This document shows positions 37,218-48,120 of a DNA stretch of 64,000 bases, one piece after another. This stretch comes from a virus: IMG/VR virus record IMGVR_UViG_3300021335_000004; one strand, given 5' to 3'. The translations under genes and the position numbers were made by a program. How positions within the stretch are numbered: position 1 is the stretch's first letter; every line of letters begins with the position of its first letter. The notes under the pieces were generated by a model, which was given only the letters and a program-made list of their open reading frames with translations, made no database searches and had not been told where the DNA came from.

Positions 37218-38079
37218 CCAGCAAGATCTTCACAATAATATAGAGAAAGTTGAACACGTTATTTATGGACCTTGGGTAGGAGAATTAGGCTGGGAGTTAT
37301 TCGGCTGTCAGGGTTATTTAAGAAAATTAAGAGAAGATTATACACATATAAAATCATTTCACATAATTAGCAGAACGGGAAGAAGTTTTTTATACGAGGA
37401 TTTCTGCGATTCATATATCGAATACGATTGTCCAGGTCATAACATTACAGGAGCACTTTGTCTAGATTGGAAGCCGGATAAACAAATAATTCCTTCTGTA
37501 ACTAAATCTTTAGGCTTAGATAATTATTTATATATACCTACTCAACACTTCTTAGTTGATTATCATGCTGCAGGACCTGGAAGAGAAGAAAGACTAGAAA
37601 AGTTTCTAGGATCTCAAAAGTTTATTAAATATGAAAATAATAATATTGAAGATAAACCTTTTGATATATTAATTCATGCTAGACACAGCTTTCACCACAA
37701 CACAGGAGAAAAGAATTGGCCTATAGAAAAATGGAATACTGTGTGTAACTATCTAAAGAATAAAGGATACAGTTTAGCTGCTATAGGAAGTAAAGAAGGA
37801 GCCCATTTACCAGAAGAGTGTGAAGACCTTAGAAATATTGATTTAGAAAATGTGGTCTCATACTTAAACTATAGCAAAATGTTAGTATCTTGTTGCAGTG
37901 GGCCCGCACACCTAGCTTCTTTATGTGGTACACCTTTAGTTGTATTAACTAATAAAGCTAATATTGATAGATATAAAACAGACTGGAATCCTTTTAATAC
38001 TCCTAGAGAGATTATTTATGAAGAAGGATATAACCCAAAAACAGAAACAGTATTAAATAGAATAGAAAATCTATTATGA
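37207..38079 (+). CDS. GT9 (heptosyltransferase-like) glycosyltransferase
   Basis: KNWPIEKW...SGPAHLASLCGTPLVVL. Confidence 0.7.
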   Translation: MHLNQQDLHNNIEKVEHVIYGPWVGELGWELFGCQGYLRKLREDYTHIKSFHIISRTGRSFLYEDFCDSYIEYDCPGHNITGALCLDWKPDKQIIPSVTKSLGLDNYLYIPTQHFLVDYHAAGPGREERLEKFLGSQKFIKYENNNIEDKPFDILIHARHSFHHNTGEKNWPIEKWNTVCNYLKNKGYSLAAIGSKEGAHLPEECEDLRNIDLENVVSYLNYSKMLVSCCSGPAHLASLCGTPLVVLTNKANIDRYKTDWNPFNTPREIIYEEGYNPKTETVLNRIENLL

Positions 38080-38924
38080 AAAAAGTTTTATATGTTGGGG
38101 TTTTTAGCGAACACTCAACAAATGTTTGGCAGGCAGAAGCTCTTGATAAAATATGTGACCTAACTACCTTTGATATGCGAGATATAGGAAATTATACATA
38201 CACACAAAGAGATAATGCTATTATAAACATCATTAAAAAAGACACTCCTGATTTACTATTAATTAGTAAAGGAAACACAATAAATATAGATGTTATTAAA
38301 AAAGCAAAAGAATATTGTAAAGTTGCTTGTTGGTATATGGATCCTTTAGTAAATGCAGATAGTGAATGGATGGAAAAAGTTAAACACAGTGATTATATTT
38401 TTTCAGCTTATGAACACTTAGCAAATATATTTAGAGAAACTAATAAAAATAGTTTTTATATTCAAGAAGGTTTTCATAAACCAATTCATAGACTTATGAA
38501 GATAGAAAAACAATATGATGTAAGTTTTTTAGGATGGTTAAAAGATCAAAGACAAGGTTATTGGAAAGAATTAAAATTTTCTAATTTTAATGATAAATAT
38601 AGTTTTGAACACACAAAAATAGTAGCACAGAGTAAAATAAATTTAGGATTTACTACAAATAATGAAGGTACTTCTGATAGGACATATAAAATTTTAGCAG
38701 CAGGAGGATTTTTATTAACAGAGCCTTGGAAATATATGGAAAACGATTGGGATGTAGGAAAAGATTTCGTTTGTTTTAGTTCTATTAGTGATTTAAAAGA
38801 CAAGATAGGTTATTATTTAAAAAATCAAAAAGAAAGACACGAAATAGCAGAACAAGGAAGAAAAAAAGTACAAAGATTTAGTACTGATAATTGGGCAAAA
38901 AACATAGTAAAGTCAATAATATGA
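38076..38924 (+). CDS. CgeB-like GT-B glycosyltransferase
   Basis: SKINLG...SDRTYKILAAGGFLLTE...ERHEIAEQG. Confidence 0.75.
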   Translation: MKKVLYVGVFSEHSTNVWQAEALDKICDLTTFDMRDIGNYTYTQRDNAIINIIKKDTPDLLLISKGNTINIDVIKKAKEYCKVACWYMDPLVNADSEWMEKVKHSDYIFSAYEHLANIFRETNKNSFYIQEGFHKPIHRLMKIEKQYDVSFLGWLKDQRQGYWKELKFSNFNDKYSFEHTKIVAQSKINLGFTTNNEGTSDRTYKILAAGGFLLTEPWKYMENDWDVGKDFVCFSSISDLKDKIGYYLKNQKERHEIAEQGRKKVQRFSTDNWAKNIVKSII

Positions 38925-39739
38925 AGATATTAATTACAGGACATAAAGGTTTTATAGGACAAAACTTATATAAAACTTTAGAAAAAGACCACGATCTTTA
39001 TACCTATGAATGGTATCCTTATGAGTATCCCGAAGTACATGGATACGACTGGGTTATTCATTTAGGTGCTATTTCTAGTACTACTGAAAAAGATGTAAAT
39101 AAAGTAATGTTACAAAACTATGAATTTTCTCAGTGGTTATTTGATGAGTGCAATAAAAAGAATGTAAATCTTCAATATTCTTCTAGTGCTAGTGTATACG
39201 GTACTAATACTAATTTTAAAGAAGACGCCCCTAAACAACCACAATCCCCATATGCTTGGAGTAAATATTTATTTGATAGGTGGGTTACAAAACAACCAAA
39301 AAATATTATTGTTCAAGGTTTTAGATATTTTAATGTATACGGACCTAATGAAGATCATAAAGGAAATCAAGCGAGTCCTTATACAAAATTTATAGAACAA
39401 GCTAAAACAGAAAAAAGCGTAACTATATTTAAAAATTCGGATAAATATAAAAGAGATTTTGTATGTGTTGAAGATGTTTGCAAGGTACACAAGCAAATGC
39501 TAAAAGTAAAAGAGAATGATATATATAATGTAGGTACAGGAACCGCTACTAGTTTTTATGAAGTAGCAAGTGCAATTGCTGAAAAGTATAAAGTCAAAAT
39601 TTACGAAATCGAGATGCCTAATAATTTAAAAGGACAATATCAAGAATTTACTAAAGCAAACTTAGATAAACTTAACAAACACCTAAATATTGAGTGGGTA
39701 AATATTCTAGACTATATAAAGAAAGATTATAATGAGTAA
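38921..39739 (+). CDS. hldD: ADP-L-glycero-D-manno-heptose 6-epimerase-like
   Basis: ITGHKGFIG, HLGAISSTTE, SSASVYG, YAWSK, FRYFNVYGPNE.HKG..AS. Confidence 0.85.
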   Translation: MKILITGHKGFIGQNLYKTLEKDHDLYTYEWYPYEYPEVHGYDWVIHLGAISSTTEKDVNKVMLQNYEFSQWLFDECNKKNVNLQYSSSASVYGTNTNFKEDAPKQPQSPYAWSKYLFDRWVTKQPKNIIVQGFRYFNVYGPNEDHKGNQASPYTKFIEQAKTEKSVTIFKNSDKYKRDFVCVEDVCKVHKQMLKVKENDIYNVGTGTATSFYEVASAIAEKYKVKIYEIEMPNNLKGQYQEFTKANLDKLNKHLNIEWVNILDYIKKDYNE

Positions 39740-40466
39740 AGTTTTATTAATAGGAGATAGTTGTACAGATATTTATCACTATGGTACTATAGATAGAATT
39801 AGTCCAGAAGCACCCATACCGGTTTTATTAACAAAAAACTTATTAACATGCCCTGGGATGGCTGCAAATGTAAATAATAATCTTAAAGCTTTTAACATAG
39901 ACACTGATTTTATTACTAATGAAGAACCTATAACAAAAACTAGATTTTTAGATATTAAAACTGGACAACATCTGCTAAGAGTTGATAAAGAAAAGACGTT
40001 AAAAGAAATTAATGAATTACCAAAACTAGATAAATATACTGCAATAGTTATTAGTGATTATAATAAAGGTTTCTTATCTTATAATCATATAGAGCAAATT
40101 ATTAATACTTCTAAAGTACCGGTATTTATTGATACTAAAAAGCGAGATTTAAAAAGGTTTAAGAACGCAATAGTAAAGATTAATGAACGAGAATTTAAAA
40201 ATAGAACAAGTGATTGTGATGATATCATTGTTACTTTAGGGTCTAATGGGGTTTTATATAAAGATAATATTATACCAGCACCTAAAGTAGAAGTATTTGA
40301 TGTTTGTGGGGCTGGAGATACCTTCTTATCTGCTTTAGTATGTAAATACATAAATTCAAAAGATATGATAGCATCAATAAATTTTGCAAATAAAGCAGCA
40401 GCAATTACTGTACAGCACAGCGGTGTTTATAGTTTAACAAAAAAGGATTTAATCAATATATCATGA
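39732..40466 (+). CDS. Heptose-7-phosphate kinase (RfaE domain I/HldA-like, PfkB family)
   Basis: RISPEAPIPV, SDYNKG, DVCGAGDTF. Confidence 0.85.
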   Translation: MSKVLLIGDSCTDIYHYGTIDRISPEAPIPVLLTKNLLTCPGMAANVNNNLKAFNIDTDFITNEEPITKTRFLDIKTGQHLLRVDKEKTLKEINELPKLDKYTAIVISDYNKGFLSYNHIEQIINTSKVPVFIDTKKRDLKRFKNAIVKINEREFKNRTSDCDDIIVTLGSNGVLYKDNIIPAPKVEVFDVCGAGDTFLSALVCKYINSKDMIASINFANKAAAITVQHSGVYSLTKKDLINIS

Positions 40467-41227
40467 GTAAAACATTGTTTTTATTTTGGCACGGACTTGG
40501 GGATAACATTCTAGCAACACCTGCTATTAAAAAATACAAAGAATCTACAGGAAACTATGTAGGGTGGATGATGCTTGATCGTTTTAAACCTGCAAAGCTT
40601 TTTGATAATAATCCTTATGTCGATCAAATTCATTGGAGTGTAGATGCTTGGCATGTAGCAGGTTTTGATAGAATACAAGAGGGGTCTGTGATAGCGATTA
40701 ATAATGCTAAAAAAGAAGCTTTAGAGCATGGTTATGATGAATTAATTGTGGTAGACCACTCAAGTAGTAGAAAACATAAAATATATAGAACAGCGGATGA
40801 AATGGAAGTTACTTTAGAAAAAAACGAAATTCATACAGAGTGTTACTTTGAAGAAGATGTTTCTCAATGGTATGAAGAAACAGGTATTAAGTTACCCAAC
40901 GAGTTTATTTTCTTTTCTGGAAATACCGGACTAGAAAGAAAAAATTTAAATAAATCGTATATTCAAAAGTGGGAACAAGAAAATAATTTAGATCTTCCAG
41001 TTATATCCCCTGATTGGACGTGGGATATTAAAAAAATCCCTATGTCATTTGCTGCTGATATAATGAAAAAAGCAACATATAGAATATTGGCTGATTCTGC
41101 GTTATACCACGTAGCTCACGCTTTAGATCTTGATGTTGATATAGCTTATTTTCAAAGAGGACAAGAAGTCTGGGATGTAGTAAAACCATTACACTTTAAT
41201 TATGAAAAGGTTATTTATAATGCTTGA
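40463..41227 (+). CDS. GT9-like glycosyltransferase
   Basis: GLGDNILATPAI, NPYVD, DSALYHVAHAL. Confidence 0.7.
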   Translation: MSKTLFLFWHGLGDNILATPAIKKYKESTGNYVGWMMLDRFKPAKLFDNNPYVDQIHWSVDAWHVAGFDRIQEGSVIAINNAKKEALEHGYDELIVVDHSSSRKHKIYRTADEMEVTLEKNEIHTECYFEEDVSQWYEETGIKLPNEFIFFSGNTGLERKNLNKSYIQKWEQENNLDLPVISPDWTWDIKKIPMSFAADIMKKATYRILADSALYHVAHALDLDVDIAYFQRGQEVWDVVKPLHFNYEKVIYNA

Positions 41228-41840
41228 AAAACCACCGTTTGTCAACGATCATTGGTTAGATATACGTCATGTCTCTATAGTAGATGCATTACCTGTATAT
41301 GAAACAAAAAAAGAAGTTCTTAATGTTGGTTGCGGAGTACCGCAGTTAGATCAATATTTAGCAGATATAGGTTGGGATGTTACTCCAACTGATTATATTC
41401 CAGAACGTAGTAAATACCCAGAGTTCGAAGAGAGAATGAAAGCTCGTGGAATTACATTGAAAGTAGTAAATACAAACATATTTGATCTTTCAACTTTTCC
41501 AAAAAATTCTTATGAGTGTGTGATATGCTCTGAAGTATTAGAACATTTAGTAGATTATAAAAAAGCTTTTGAAAATTTACTACAACTAACTGAACGAAGA
41601 CTAATTTTAACATTTCCTTGGGCGCGTTCTTTTATGGATGCTGCACCCCCGCCAAAAGGACATTGTAACTTTTGGAATGATGACGGAACAGCGGGCTATA
41701 AAAATGTACACGAACTAGTAGAAATGGCAAGACCATATGCGACTTCTGTGCAAAAAATTAGAACAAAACCAAAAGATGTAGAATTAAATCAACTAGATTA
41801 TTTAATTATAGTTGATAAACAACAAGCATGGAATGTGTAG
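41220..41840 (+). CDS. Class I SAM methyltransferase
   Basis: VLNVGCG, CSEVLEHL. Confidence 0.8.
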   Translation: MLEKPPFVNDHWLDIRHVSIVDALPVYETKKEVLNVGCGVPQLDQYLADIGWDVTPTDYIPERSKYPEFEERMKARGITLKVVNTNIFDLSTFPKNSYECVICSEVLEHLVDYKKAFENLLQLTERRLILTFPWARSFMDAAPPPKGHCNFWNDDGTAGYKNVHELVEMARPYATSVQKIRTKPKDVELNQLDYLIIVDKQQAWNV

Positions 41841-41857
41841 TATAAGGAAAAATAAAA

Positions 41858-42577
41858 ATGGAAATTATTCAACATCAATTATTAGGTAAATTACATTTTC
41901 CAAAGTCAGCTGTTGGCGATATGAGGTATATTAGCTCTTTCAAAGAAACACCGCCATACTATGAAACTTTTAATTTATTTAAAGATTATATTACACAAGA
42001 TAGTGTCTTTTTTGATATTGGTGCCCATTTTGGTTGTATATCACTTCAATATTTAAAATTATTAGAGGAAAAAAAGATAACAGCTGAAGTATGCGCTTTT
42101 GAAGTTAATCCAGTGGTTTATGATTGCTTATCTAAAAATTTGTTAGCAAACCACGGAAACTATAACAACAAAGTTAAGTGTTATAATAAAGCTGTGTCTT
42201 ATTCAGATAATGAAAAAATTAGCTATAATATTCCTGCACCCTTAACAGGATTTACATGGGATAGTTATGGTTCTTTTGGAATTGAAAATGGAGGCCCAAG
42301 AACAGATCAATTTATTGATATAGAAACCCTATCTATTGATAATTTAAATAAAAAAGTAGACATTGTTAAAATTGATGTAGAAGGCTATGAAAAAAATGTT
42401 CTTTTAGGGATGAAAAAAACAATTATGAATTATAAACCAGTGATAGTAATCGAACTTAATCACAATTCCGAAAAAGATAAAAGTTTTATTCTAAATTTTT
42501 TTAAGGAATTAGGTTATTCTATTAAAAAAGAAAATGGAAAAGATGATTATCTTTTTACATATGATACAGAAGGGTAA
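41858..42577 (+). CDS. FkbM family methyltransferase
   Basis: FDIGAHFG, AFEVNP, KIDVEGYE. Confidence 0.88.
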   Translation: MEIIQHQLLGKLHFPKSAVGDMRYISSFKETPPYYETFNLFKDYITQDSVFFDIGAHFGCISLQYLKLLEEKKITAEVCAFEVNPVVYDCLSKNLLANHGNYNNKVKCYNKAVSYSDNEKISYNIPAPLTGFTWDSYGSFGIENGGPRTDQFIDIETLSIDNLNKKVDIVKIDVEGYEKNVLLGMKKTIMNYKPVIVIELNHNSEKDKSFILNFFKELGYSIKKENGKDDYLFTYDTEG

Positions 42578-42582
42578 TAAAA

Positions 42583-43194
42583 ATGGAAGAGTATTTAAAA
42601 AGCGGTACAGAAAAATTTCTACAACTAGTAGGTGATATAGATGTATTCATAGACTGTGGAGTAGGCATAAAAGGAAGCGAAGCGTGGACAATAAACAGGC
42701 TTCGTCCTGATTGTGAAATTATCGGATTTGAACCAGAGCATAGAAGGTTTGATGAATTATCTAAAATTTTTCCAGGAGAGCTTATAAAACTAGCTATCGC
42801 AGAAAATGATGGTACAATAGAAGGATTTATGGGGCACGAAAAAGGTAAAGCTGATTTTTGGTTAATTGCGGGAGAAAATGCTCCGGCAGGTTCCTATATA
42901 AAAGAAGAAGTTAAATGTACTAGACTAGATACTTTTATAAATGATAGAGGGCTACAAGATAAAAAAATTGCAGTATGGGCAGACATAGAAGGAAGCGAAC
43001 TCATAATGCTAAGAAGTTGCGGAATATTTTTAGATTCTATCGTAGGGTTTAATTTAGAGATGCACCCTGATCATATTCAAGAACAGAAATCATATACCCG
43101 TCAAGAAGTAACTGACTACTTAGAACAGAAAAACTATATAAAATATCATAACTATGGTAGTGACTTTGCCTTTATAAATAGGAAATACCAATGA
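42583..43194 (+). CDS. FkbM-like methyltransferase
   Basis: IDCGVG, GFEP, RLD, ADIEGSE. Confidence 0.75.
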   Translation: MEEYLKSGTEKFLQLVGDIDVFIDCGVGIKGSEAWTINRLRPDCEIIGFEPEHRRFDELSKIFPGELIKLAIAENDGTIEGFMGHEKGKADFWLIAGENAPAGSYIKEEVKCTRLDTFINDRGLQDKKIAVWADIEGSELIMLRSCGIFLDSIVGFNLEMHPDHIQEQKSYTRQEVTDYLEQKNYIKYHNYGSDFAFINRKYQ

Positions 43195-44195
43195 AAGTTT
43201 TTGTTACAGGGGTCGGAGGATTCTTAGGACACCATATCGCAGTTCGTATGCACGAATTAGGATGGAAAGTAGCAGGTAATGATACTTTTATAGGAGGAGA
43301 AGAAGATAATGTTCCTTCTTTTGTAGATTTTACTCTAAGTGATTGTTGTGATTTTAAAGCGATGAAAAATGCAATGGAAGGTTGTGATTTAGTTTATCAC
43401 TGTGCTGCAACAGCACACGAAGGATTATCTGTATTTTCTCCTTCATTTATTACTCGTAATATATTTGAAGCCTCTGTCACTACTTTTTCTGCAGCAATTG
43501 CTGCAAAAGTAAATCGTATAGTGTTTTGCACATCAATGGCGAGATATGGAGAGCAGAAACCTCCTTTTACCGAAAATATGAAACCGTCACCAGTAGATCC
43601 TTATGGGATAGCTAAGGTAGCCGCAGAAGATGTTTTAAAAGTATTAGGAAAAGTTCATAACATAGAGTGGAATATAGCAGTACCTCATAATATAGTAGGA
43701 GAATATCAAAAATATGATGATCCCTTTAGAAATGTAATGAGTATTATGTTAAATAGAAATCTTCAAGGTAAGCCTTCTATTATTTATGGTGATGGAGAGC
43801 AAACACGTTGTTTTTCTTATGTAGATGATTGTGTACAGTGTTTAGAAAAAATGGGCACACAAGAAAATATTGTATATGAAACTATAAATATCGGTCCGGA
43901 CGAAGAATCAATCACTATTAAAGAACTAGCCGAATTTTGTGCAAACGAAACAGGATTAAATCAAGACCCAATTTATTATACGCAAGGAAGACCACAAGAA
44001 GTAAAACACGCTACTTGTTCTTCTGATAAAGCAAGAAAACTATTAGGGTATAAAACAACTACTACGGTTGAAGAATCGGTAACAAAGACAGCAAATTGGA
44101 TTAGAGAAAAAGGTACAAAACCTTTTAAGTATCATTTACCTTTAGAAATTGTAAATGAAAAAACTCCTAAAACTTGGACAGAAAAGAGATTTTAA
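43191..44195 (+). CDS. NAD-dependent sugar epimerase/dehydratase
   Basis: VTGVGGFLG, YGIAK, GDGEQTRCFSYVDD. Confidence 0.9.
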   Translation: MKVFVTGVGGFLGHHIAVRMHELGWKVAGNDTFIGGEEDNVPSFVDFTLSDCCDFKAMKNAMEGCDLVYHCAATAHEGLSVFSPSFITRNIFEASVTTFSAAIAAKVNRIVFCTSMARYGEQKPPFTENMKPSPVDPYGIAKVAAEDVLKVLGKVHNIEWNIAVPHNIVGEYQKYDDPFRNVMSIMLNRNLQGKPSIIYGDGEQTRCFSYVDDCVQCLEKMGTQENIVYETINIGPDEESITIKELAEFCANETGLNQDPIYYTQGRPQEVKHATCSSDKARKLLGYKTTTTVEESVTKTANWIREKGTKPFKYHLPLEIVNEKTPKTWTEKRF

Positions 44196-44346
44196 TGTTA
44201 TCTAGTAGTGAGTGGTCATCATTAATGGTTCTTAGATCTGAATTAGAAGATTTAAAAATACGAAATATACACCCAAACAAAGAAACTAAAATTGTTATTA
44301 ACTGGTTAGAAAACAAAGTTACAGAACTAGAAAAGAGAAAGCCTTA

Positions 44347-45081
44347 ATGTTTACTATTATTACTCCATATGTGTTTGATGAAGAGATTGCAGAATTTAAA
44401 AATAAGCTACCGTGGGGAGTTCCTGCACTTTTAGAAAAAGATACAAACAAAATAGGCCCAGATTTAATGTATCAAAAGTTATGGAATTCGTGCGATACAG
44501 ATATTTTTATTATGCATGCAGATATGGCTCCTCACGAAGACGCAGAGGATTGGGATGAAAAACTATTAGAATATGTAGAAAAATACCCAGAAGCAGGAAT
44601 ACTAGGATTAAAATTGATATATCCTGGATCTCATAATAATAAGCAAGTTATTGAGTGTGCTGGCGGTAAATTTACAGATAATAAACCGGACCACTATGGG
44701 TCTGGGTTAGAATTATTTAGTGGTCATAAATGGAAAGAACTGGAATATGATGAAGGCCAGTATGATAAAGTACGAGAAGTTGCTTGGTATACTTTTGGAG
44801 GTATTTATATTAGAAGAGAGTTACTAAATAGAGTAGGAGACTTTGATCCTAGATATATTTGGAGTTATAACAGAGATGTTGATTACTGTTTAGAAGCTAG
44901 AAAAGCTGGTTGGAGAATATATCAATTACCTATTCCAATGTATCATTTTCAAAGTAAGGATGTAAAAAGAATTAAAACACAAGAAAATGCTGACGCAGAG
45001 TTGCATAATCTTAATGTTTTACAAAATAAATGGGCAAACAGTCCTTTTTATAGTACTGTAGATAGGGTAGCAAAAAAATGA
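44347..45081 (+). CDS. GT2 family glycosyltransferase
   Basis: MHAD, VGDFD..Y....DVDYCL.ARKAGW. Confidence 0.78.
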   Translation: MFTIITPYVFDEEIAEFKNKLPWGVPALLEKDTNKIGPDLMYQKLWNSCDTDIFIMHADMAPHEDAEDWDEKLLEYVEKYPEAGILGLKLIYPGSHNNKQVIECAGGKFTDNKPDHYGSGLELFSGHKWKELEYDEGQYDKVREVAWYTFGGIYIRRELLNRVGDFDPRYIWSYNRDVDYCLEARKAGWRIYQLPIPMYHFQSKDVKRIKTQENADAELHNLNVLQNKWANSPFYSTVDRVAKK

Positions 45082-45323
45082 AGTCTAAATTAGTAAACTA
45101 TGAACAACTTGAAGAAATGTTTAAAAAGCACGATGTAGACAATAAGATGTCTAGCACAATATCATCCCAAGTTTTTGAAAAACTATTTGTAGTAGTAACA
45201 ACTATTCTTATAGTCTTAGTAGGAATATCTTTGTTTATAATTATGTTTCCCTTTTTTATAGTAGAAGCACTTTTAATAGGAATTTATAGAGGAATAAAAA
45301 ATGCAAAAAAAATCAGCGATTAG
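45078..45323 (+). CDS. Small membrane protein
   Basis: Long hydrophobic stretch; coupled to neighbours. Confidence 0.5.
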   Translation: MKSKLVNYEQLEEMFKKHDVDNKMSSTISSQVFEKLFVVVTTILIVLVGISLFIIMFPFFIVEALLIGIYRGIKNAKKISD

Positions 45324-46137
45324 TTTAATTAGTTACGACGCAGAGTATTTACCTGCAAGTATTATGTCATATTATGCTTATGTAGACGAGATTGTGTTAG
45401 GATTAGATAAAAATAGAAAAACTTGGGCAGGCAATAGTTTTAGCTTCGATGAACAAGATTTGTTTAAAAAACTATCTGTAATTGATGGAGATAATAAAAT
45501 TACTGTTGTTGAAGAAGATTTTTATAAGTCTGATGTCTTTATTAATAACGATAATTATGAAAGAAATTATTTAAAAAGTCATTGTTCACATGATTGGTTA
45601 TTTAGTTTTGACGCAGATGAAGAATTATTAAACGCTAATCATTTTTTTGAAAGCTATTTACCTCTTGTAGAGCCTTACTATAAAGATTATGATTTAGCTT
45701 TTAATTGGTTTTTACCTTATAAAGAGTTTGAAGATAGTTATTTAGTAATTACAGATGAGAGAGGTAATTGGAATTTACAAGAAACTCAAGGATTTGCTAA
45801 TTGGAAAAACTATGAATTTGTTTATGCTCGTTGGACTAATAATGCTCAAGGAGCAAAAAGAGTACTTGCAACCCCTCTAGCTATTTTACATTGGAGTATT
45901 TGTAGAAAAGAGAAAGAGTTAAATCAAAAAATTCATAATATAGGTCATGCAGATATTGTTGATGAAGATCCATTCTATGATATTTGGAGAAATATCAATC
46001 TGGGTAACTTTAATGAATTACGTAATTTTAAAACTTCAGGATTCGGTGATCCATCTCAGTGGTCGAGACTTACACAGATTTCAAAAGAAGAATTTAGAAA
46101 AAAAGCAGTAGAACAAGCAAATATGATTGGAATTTAA
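45301..46137 (+). CDS. GT2-like glycosyltransferase
   Basis: YVDEIV, ERN, DWLFSFDADE. Confidence 0.75.
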   Translation: MQKKSAISLISYDAEYLPASIMSYYAYVDEIVLGLDKNRKTWAGNSFSFDEQDLFKKLSVIDGDNKITVVEEDFYKSDVFINNDNYERNYLKSHCSHDWLFSFDADEELLNANHFFESYLPLVEPYYKDYDLAFNWFLPYKEFEDSYLVITDERGNWNLQETQGFANWKNYEFVYARWTNNAQGAKRVLATPLAILHWSICRKEKELNQKIHNIGHADIVDEDPFYDIWRNINLGNFNELRNFKTSGFGDPSQWSRLTQISKEEFRKKAVEQANMIGI

Positions 46138-46139
46138 AG

Positions 46140-47288
46140 ATGAGAAAAGTAGAAATAATTGGTAAATTTTTTGATAACCACAGTCTTGCTATCATTAATA
46201 GAAAACTTGCAATTGGTTTATCAGAAGTAGATAATATAGAGGTATTTATTAATCCTCTAGACCAGTATGATCCACAATACAATGTGTCTAGCACTGATTT
46301 AAAGGCACTAAAAAAGTTAATGAAAAATATAGATGAAGAACCAGATATTCAAATTAGACATACTTATCCTCCAATATGGAAATGGCCTGTTTCTGATAAA
46401 ACAAAAGTATTTCAAATTCAGCCTTGGGAATATAGAAAACTGCCTTTTGAATGGCAATATAAGTTTGAGACTTTTGTAGATAAAGTTATTACCCCTTCTA
46501 ATTGGACTGCAAACATATATAAAGATGCAGGACTAAGACCTAATAAGGTAGAAGTAATTCCAAACGGTTATGATACAAAACATTTTAATACTAAAAATAA
46601 AAATTTAAATGATAAATACACATTTGTCTTTGTTGGAAATGCTCAGTGGAGAAAAGGTTTAGATATTTTACTACAGATATGGAGTCAAGTGTTTAAAAAA
46701 GAAGATAATGCAAAATTAATTATTAAAGACAACCCTGCTGTTTATGGTGATTATAAAATTGTACCTCAAATTCTTAAATTACAGTACGATACTGGTTGTG
46801 CTGAGATTGAATATAATGACAAACAAATGAGCGAGATTGATATGAGTCGCATGTTTAAATCTAGTCATACAGTAGTACATCCTTATAGAGGAGAAGGTTT
46901 TGGTATGCATATTCAAGAAGCTATGGCTTGTGGTTGTTTCCCTTTAGTAACAGGAGACGGTCCTACAGATGAATTTGTTAAAGATGATCTTTGTAGAATT
47001 CCTCCTAAATATGTAACTGTAAAAGCAGATGATCCTAAAGTTATGATGATGAAACCAGGGGATGCTTTAACAACAATGGGAGGGCACGCTATTGCTACAG
47101 AACCTGATATTCAAGATTTAGCAGGTAAAATGAGAGCGTGTTATGATAGAAATATAACAGGTAGAGATTATTCAAAAGATTTATTTACTTGGGAAGATAT
47201 AGTAGAACGCTACGCCGCGTTAATCAACTCCGTTGATATGGACGAACCTACTGCCAGAATTTTGGCGCAAGGGTGGCGTACTACTTGA
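46140..47288 (+). CDS. GT4 family glycosyltransferase
   Basis: VIPNG, RKGLD, EGFGMHIQEAMACG. Confidence 0.88.
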   Translation: MRKVEIIGKFFDNHSLAIINRKLAIGLSEVDNIEVFINPLDQYDPQYNVSSTDLKALKKLMKNIDEEPDIQIRHTYPPIWKWPVSDKTKVFQIQPWEYRKLPFEWQYKFETFVDKVITPSNWTANIYKDAGLRPNKVEVIPNGYDTKHFNTKNKNLNDKYTFVFVGNAQWRKGLDILLQIWSQVFKKEDNAKLIIKDNPAVYGDYKIVPQILKLQYDTGCAEIEYNDKQMSEIDMSRMFKSSHTVVHPYRGEGFGMHIQEAMACGCFPLVTGDGPTDEFVKDDLCRIPPKYVTVKADDPKVMMMKPGDALTTMGGHAIATEPDIQDLAGKMRACYDRNITGRDYSKDLFTWEDIVERYAALINSVDMDEPTARILAQGWRTT

Positions 47289-47487
47289 ATGCACTCCGTG
47301 CATATACAAATAACGCATGATAATTTAGGGAAAGCCATGTGACATCTAGATTAAATTGCGTCAAATCTACGATTCAATTAATTTAAGTACGCTGTTAAAT
47401 ACGAGTATAAAGTAACATAAATTTTGACAAAGCGCAAATATAAAATTTTTACTCTTGATATTAAGCTGTACTAAAAGAAAGGAAAAC

Positions 47488-47766
47488 ATGGAAAACGAAA
47501 CAGAACGTAGTTTTGGAACTGCGTACAAGAAAGCAAACGGAAATGAGATTCGTGTAACCTATAATGAATTTCGAGGAGTCGCCTATGTTCACATTCGTGA
47601 ATATAATATGGACGGCGACTCGGGAAATTGGTATCCTACGTCTAAAGGCTACGCCTTACTCGCAGACGAAACTACATCCGTGGCTAAACTACTAGATGAA
47701 GCTGCAGAACACGCAGCTCGCAGACATAGAAAAGGAGGTTCGCATGAGCGTGAAAGCGTGGAGTGA
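47488..47766 (+). CDS. PC4/YdbC-like ssDNA-binding protein
   Basis: EIRVTYNEFRG..YVHIREY...WYPTSKG; AAGGA RBS. Confidence 0.8.
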   Translation: MENETERSFGTAYKKANGNEIRVTYNEFRGVAYVHIREYNMDGDSGNWYPTSKGYALLADETTSVAKLLDEAAEHAARRHRKGGSHERESVE

Positions 47767-48064
47767 TGAACAAGAGGCAGAATTAATTCGCCTCTACACA
47801 GAAAATAATACAAAAGACGTAAACGAGCTTGGAGAGCATTTTGGTAAAGGATATCGAAGTGTGATTTCTAAACTTGTACAACTACGTATTTATGAAAAGC
47901 CTTCAGACGAAGATAGTGAAGGATCGCGAACAGTAAAAACAATGCTGCGCGATTTAGAAACAATGCTTGATATTGAGATTGAGGGAACTAATCTTAATAA
48001 AAAGTCTAATTTAACCAATCTAGTTATTGCGCTTGAGCGTAAGCTAGTAGAAAAAGACGTTTAG
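47744..48064 (+). CDS. T5 D3-like DNA-binding protein
   Basis: AWSDEQE..L...GKGYRSVISKL...YEK; upstream of the ligase as in T5-like phages. Confidence 0.5.
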   Translation: MSVKAWSDEQEAELIRLYTENNTKDVNELGEHFGKGYRSVISKLVQLRIYEKPSDEDSEGSRTVKTMLRDLETMLDIEIEGTNLNKKSNLTNLVIALERKLVEKDV

Positions 48065-48120
48065 ACATTGCTTATTCCTCTTTCTTATGATATTATATAT
48101 TCAAGATTGAAGGAGAAACT

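Noticed and set aside
47289-47487. Intergenic AT-rich gap before the replication genes as a possible origin
   Set aside because: No iterons or clear repeats visible; position alone is insufficient
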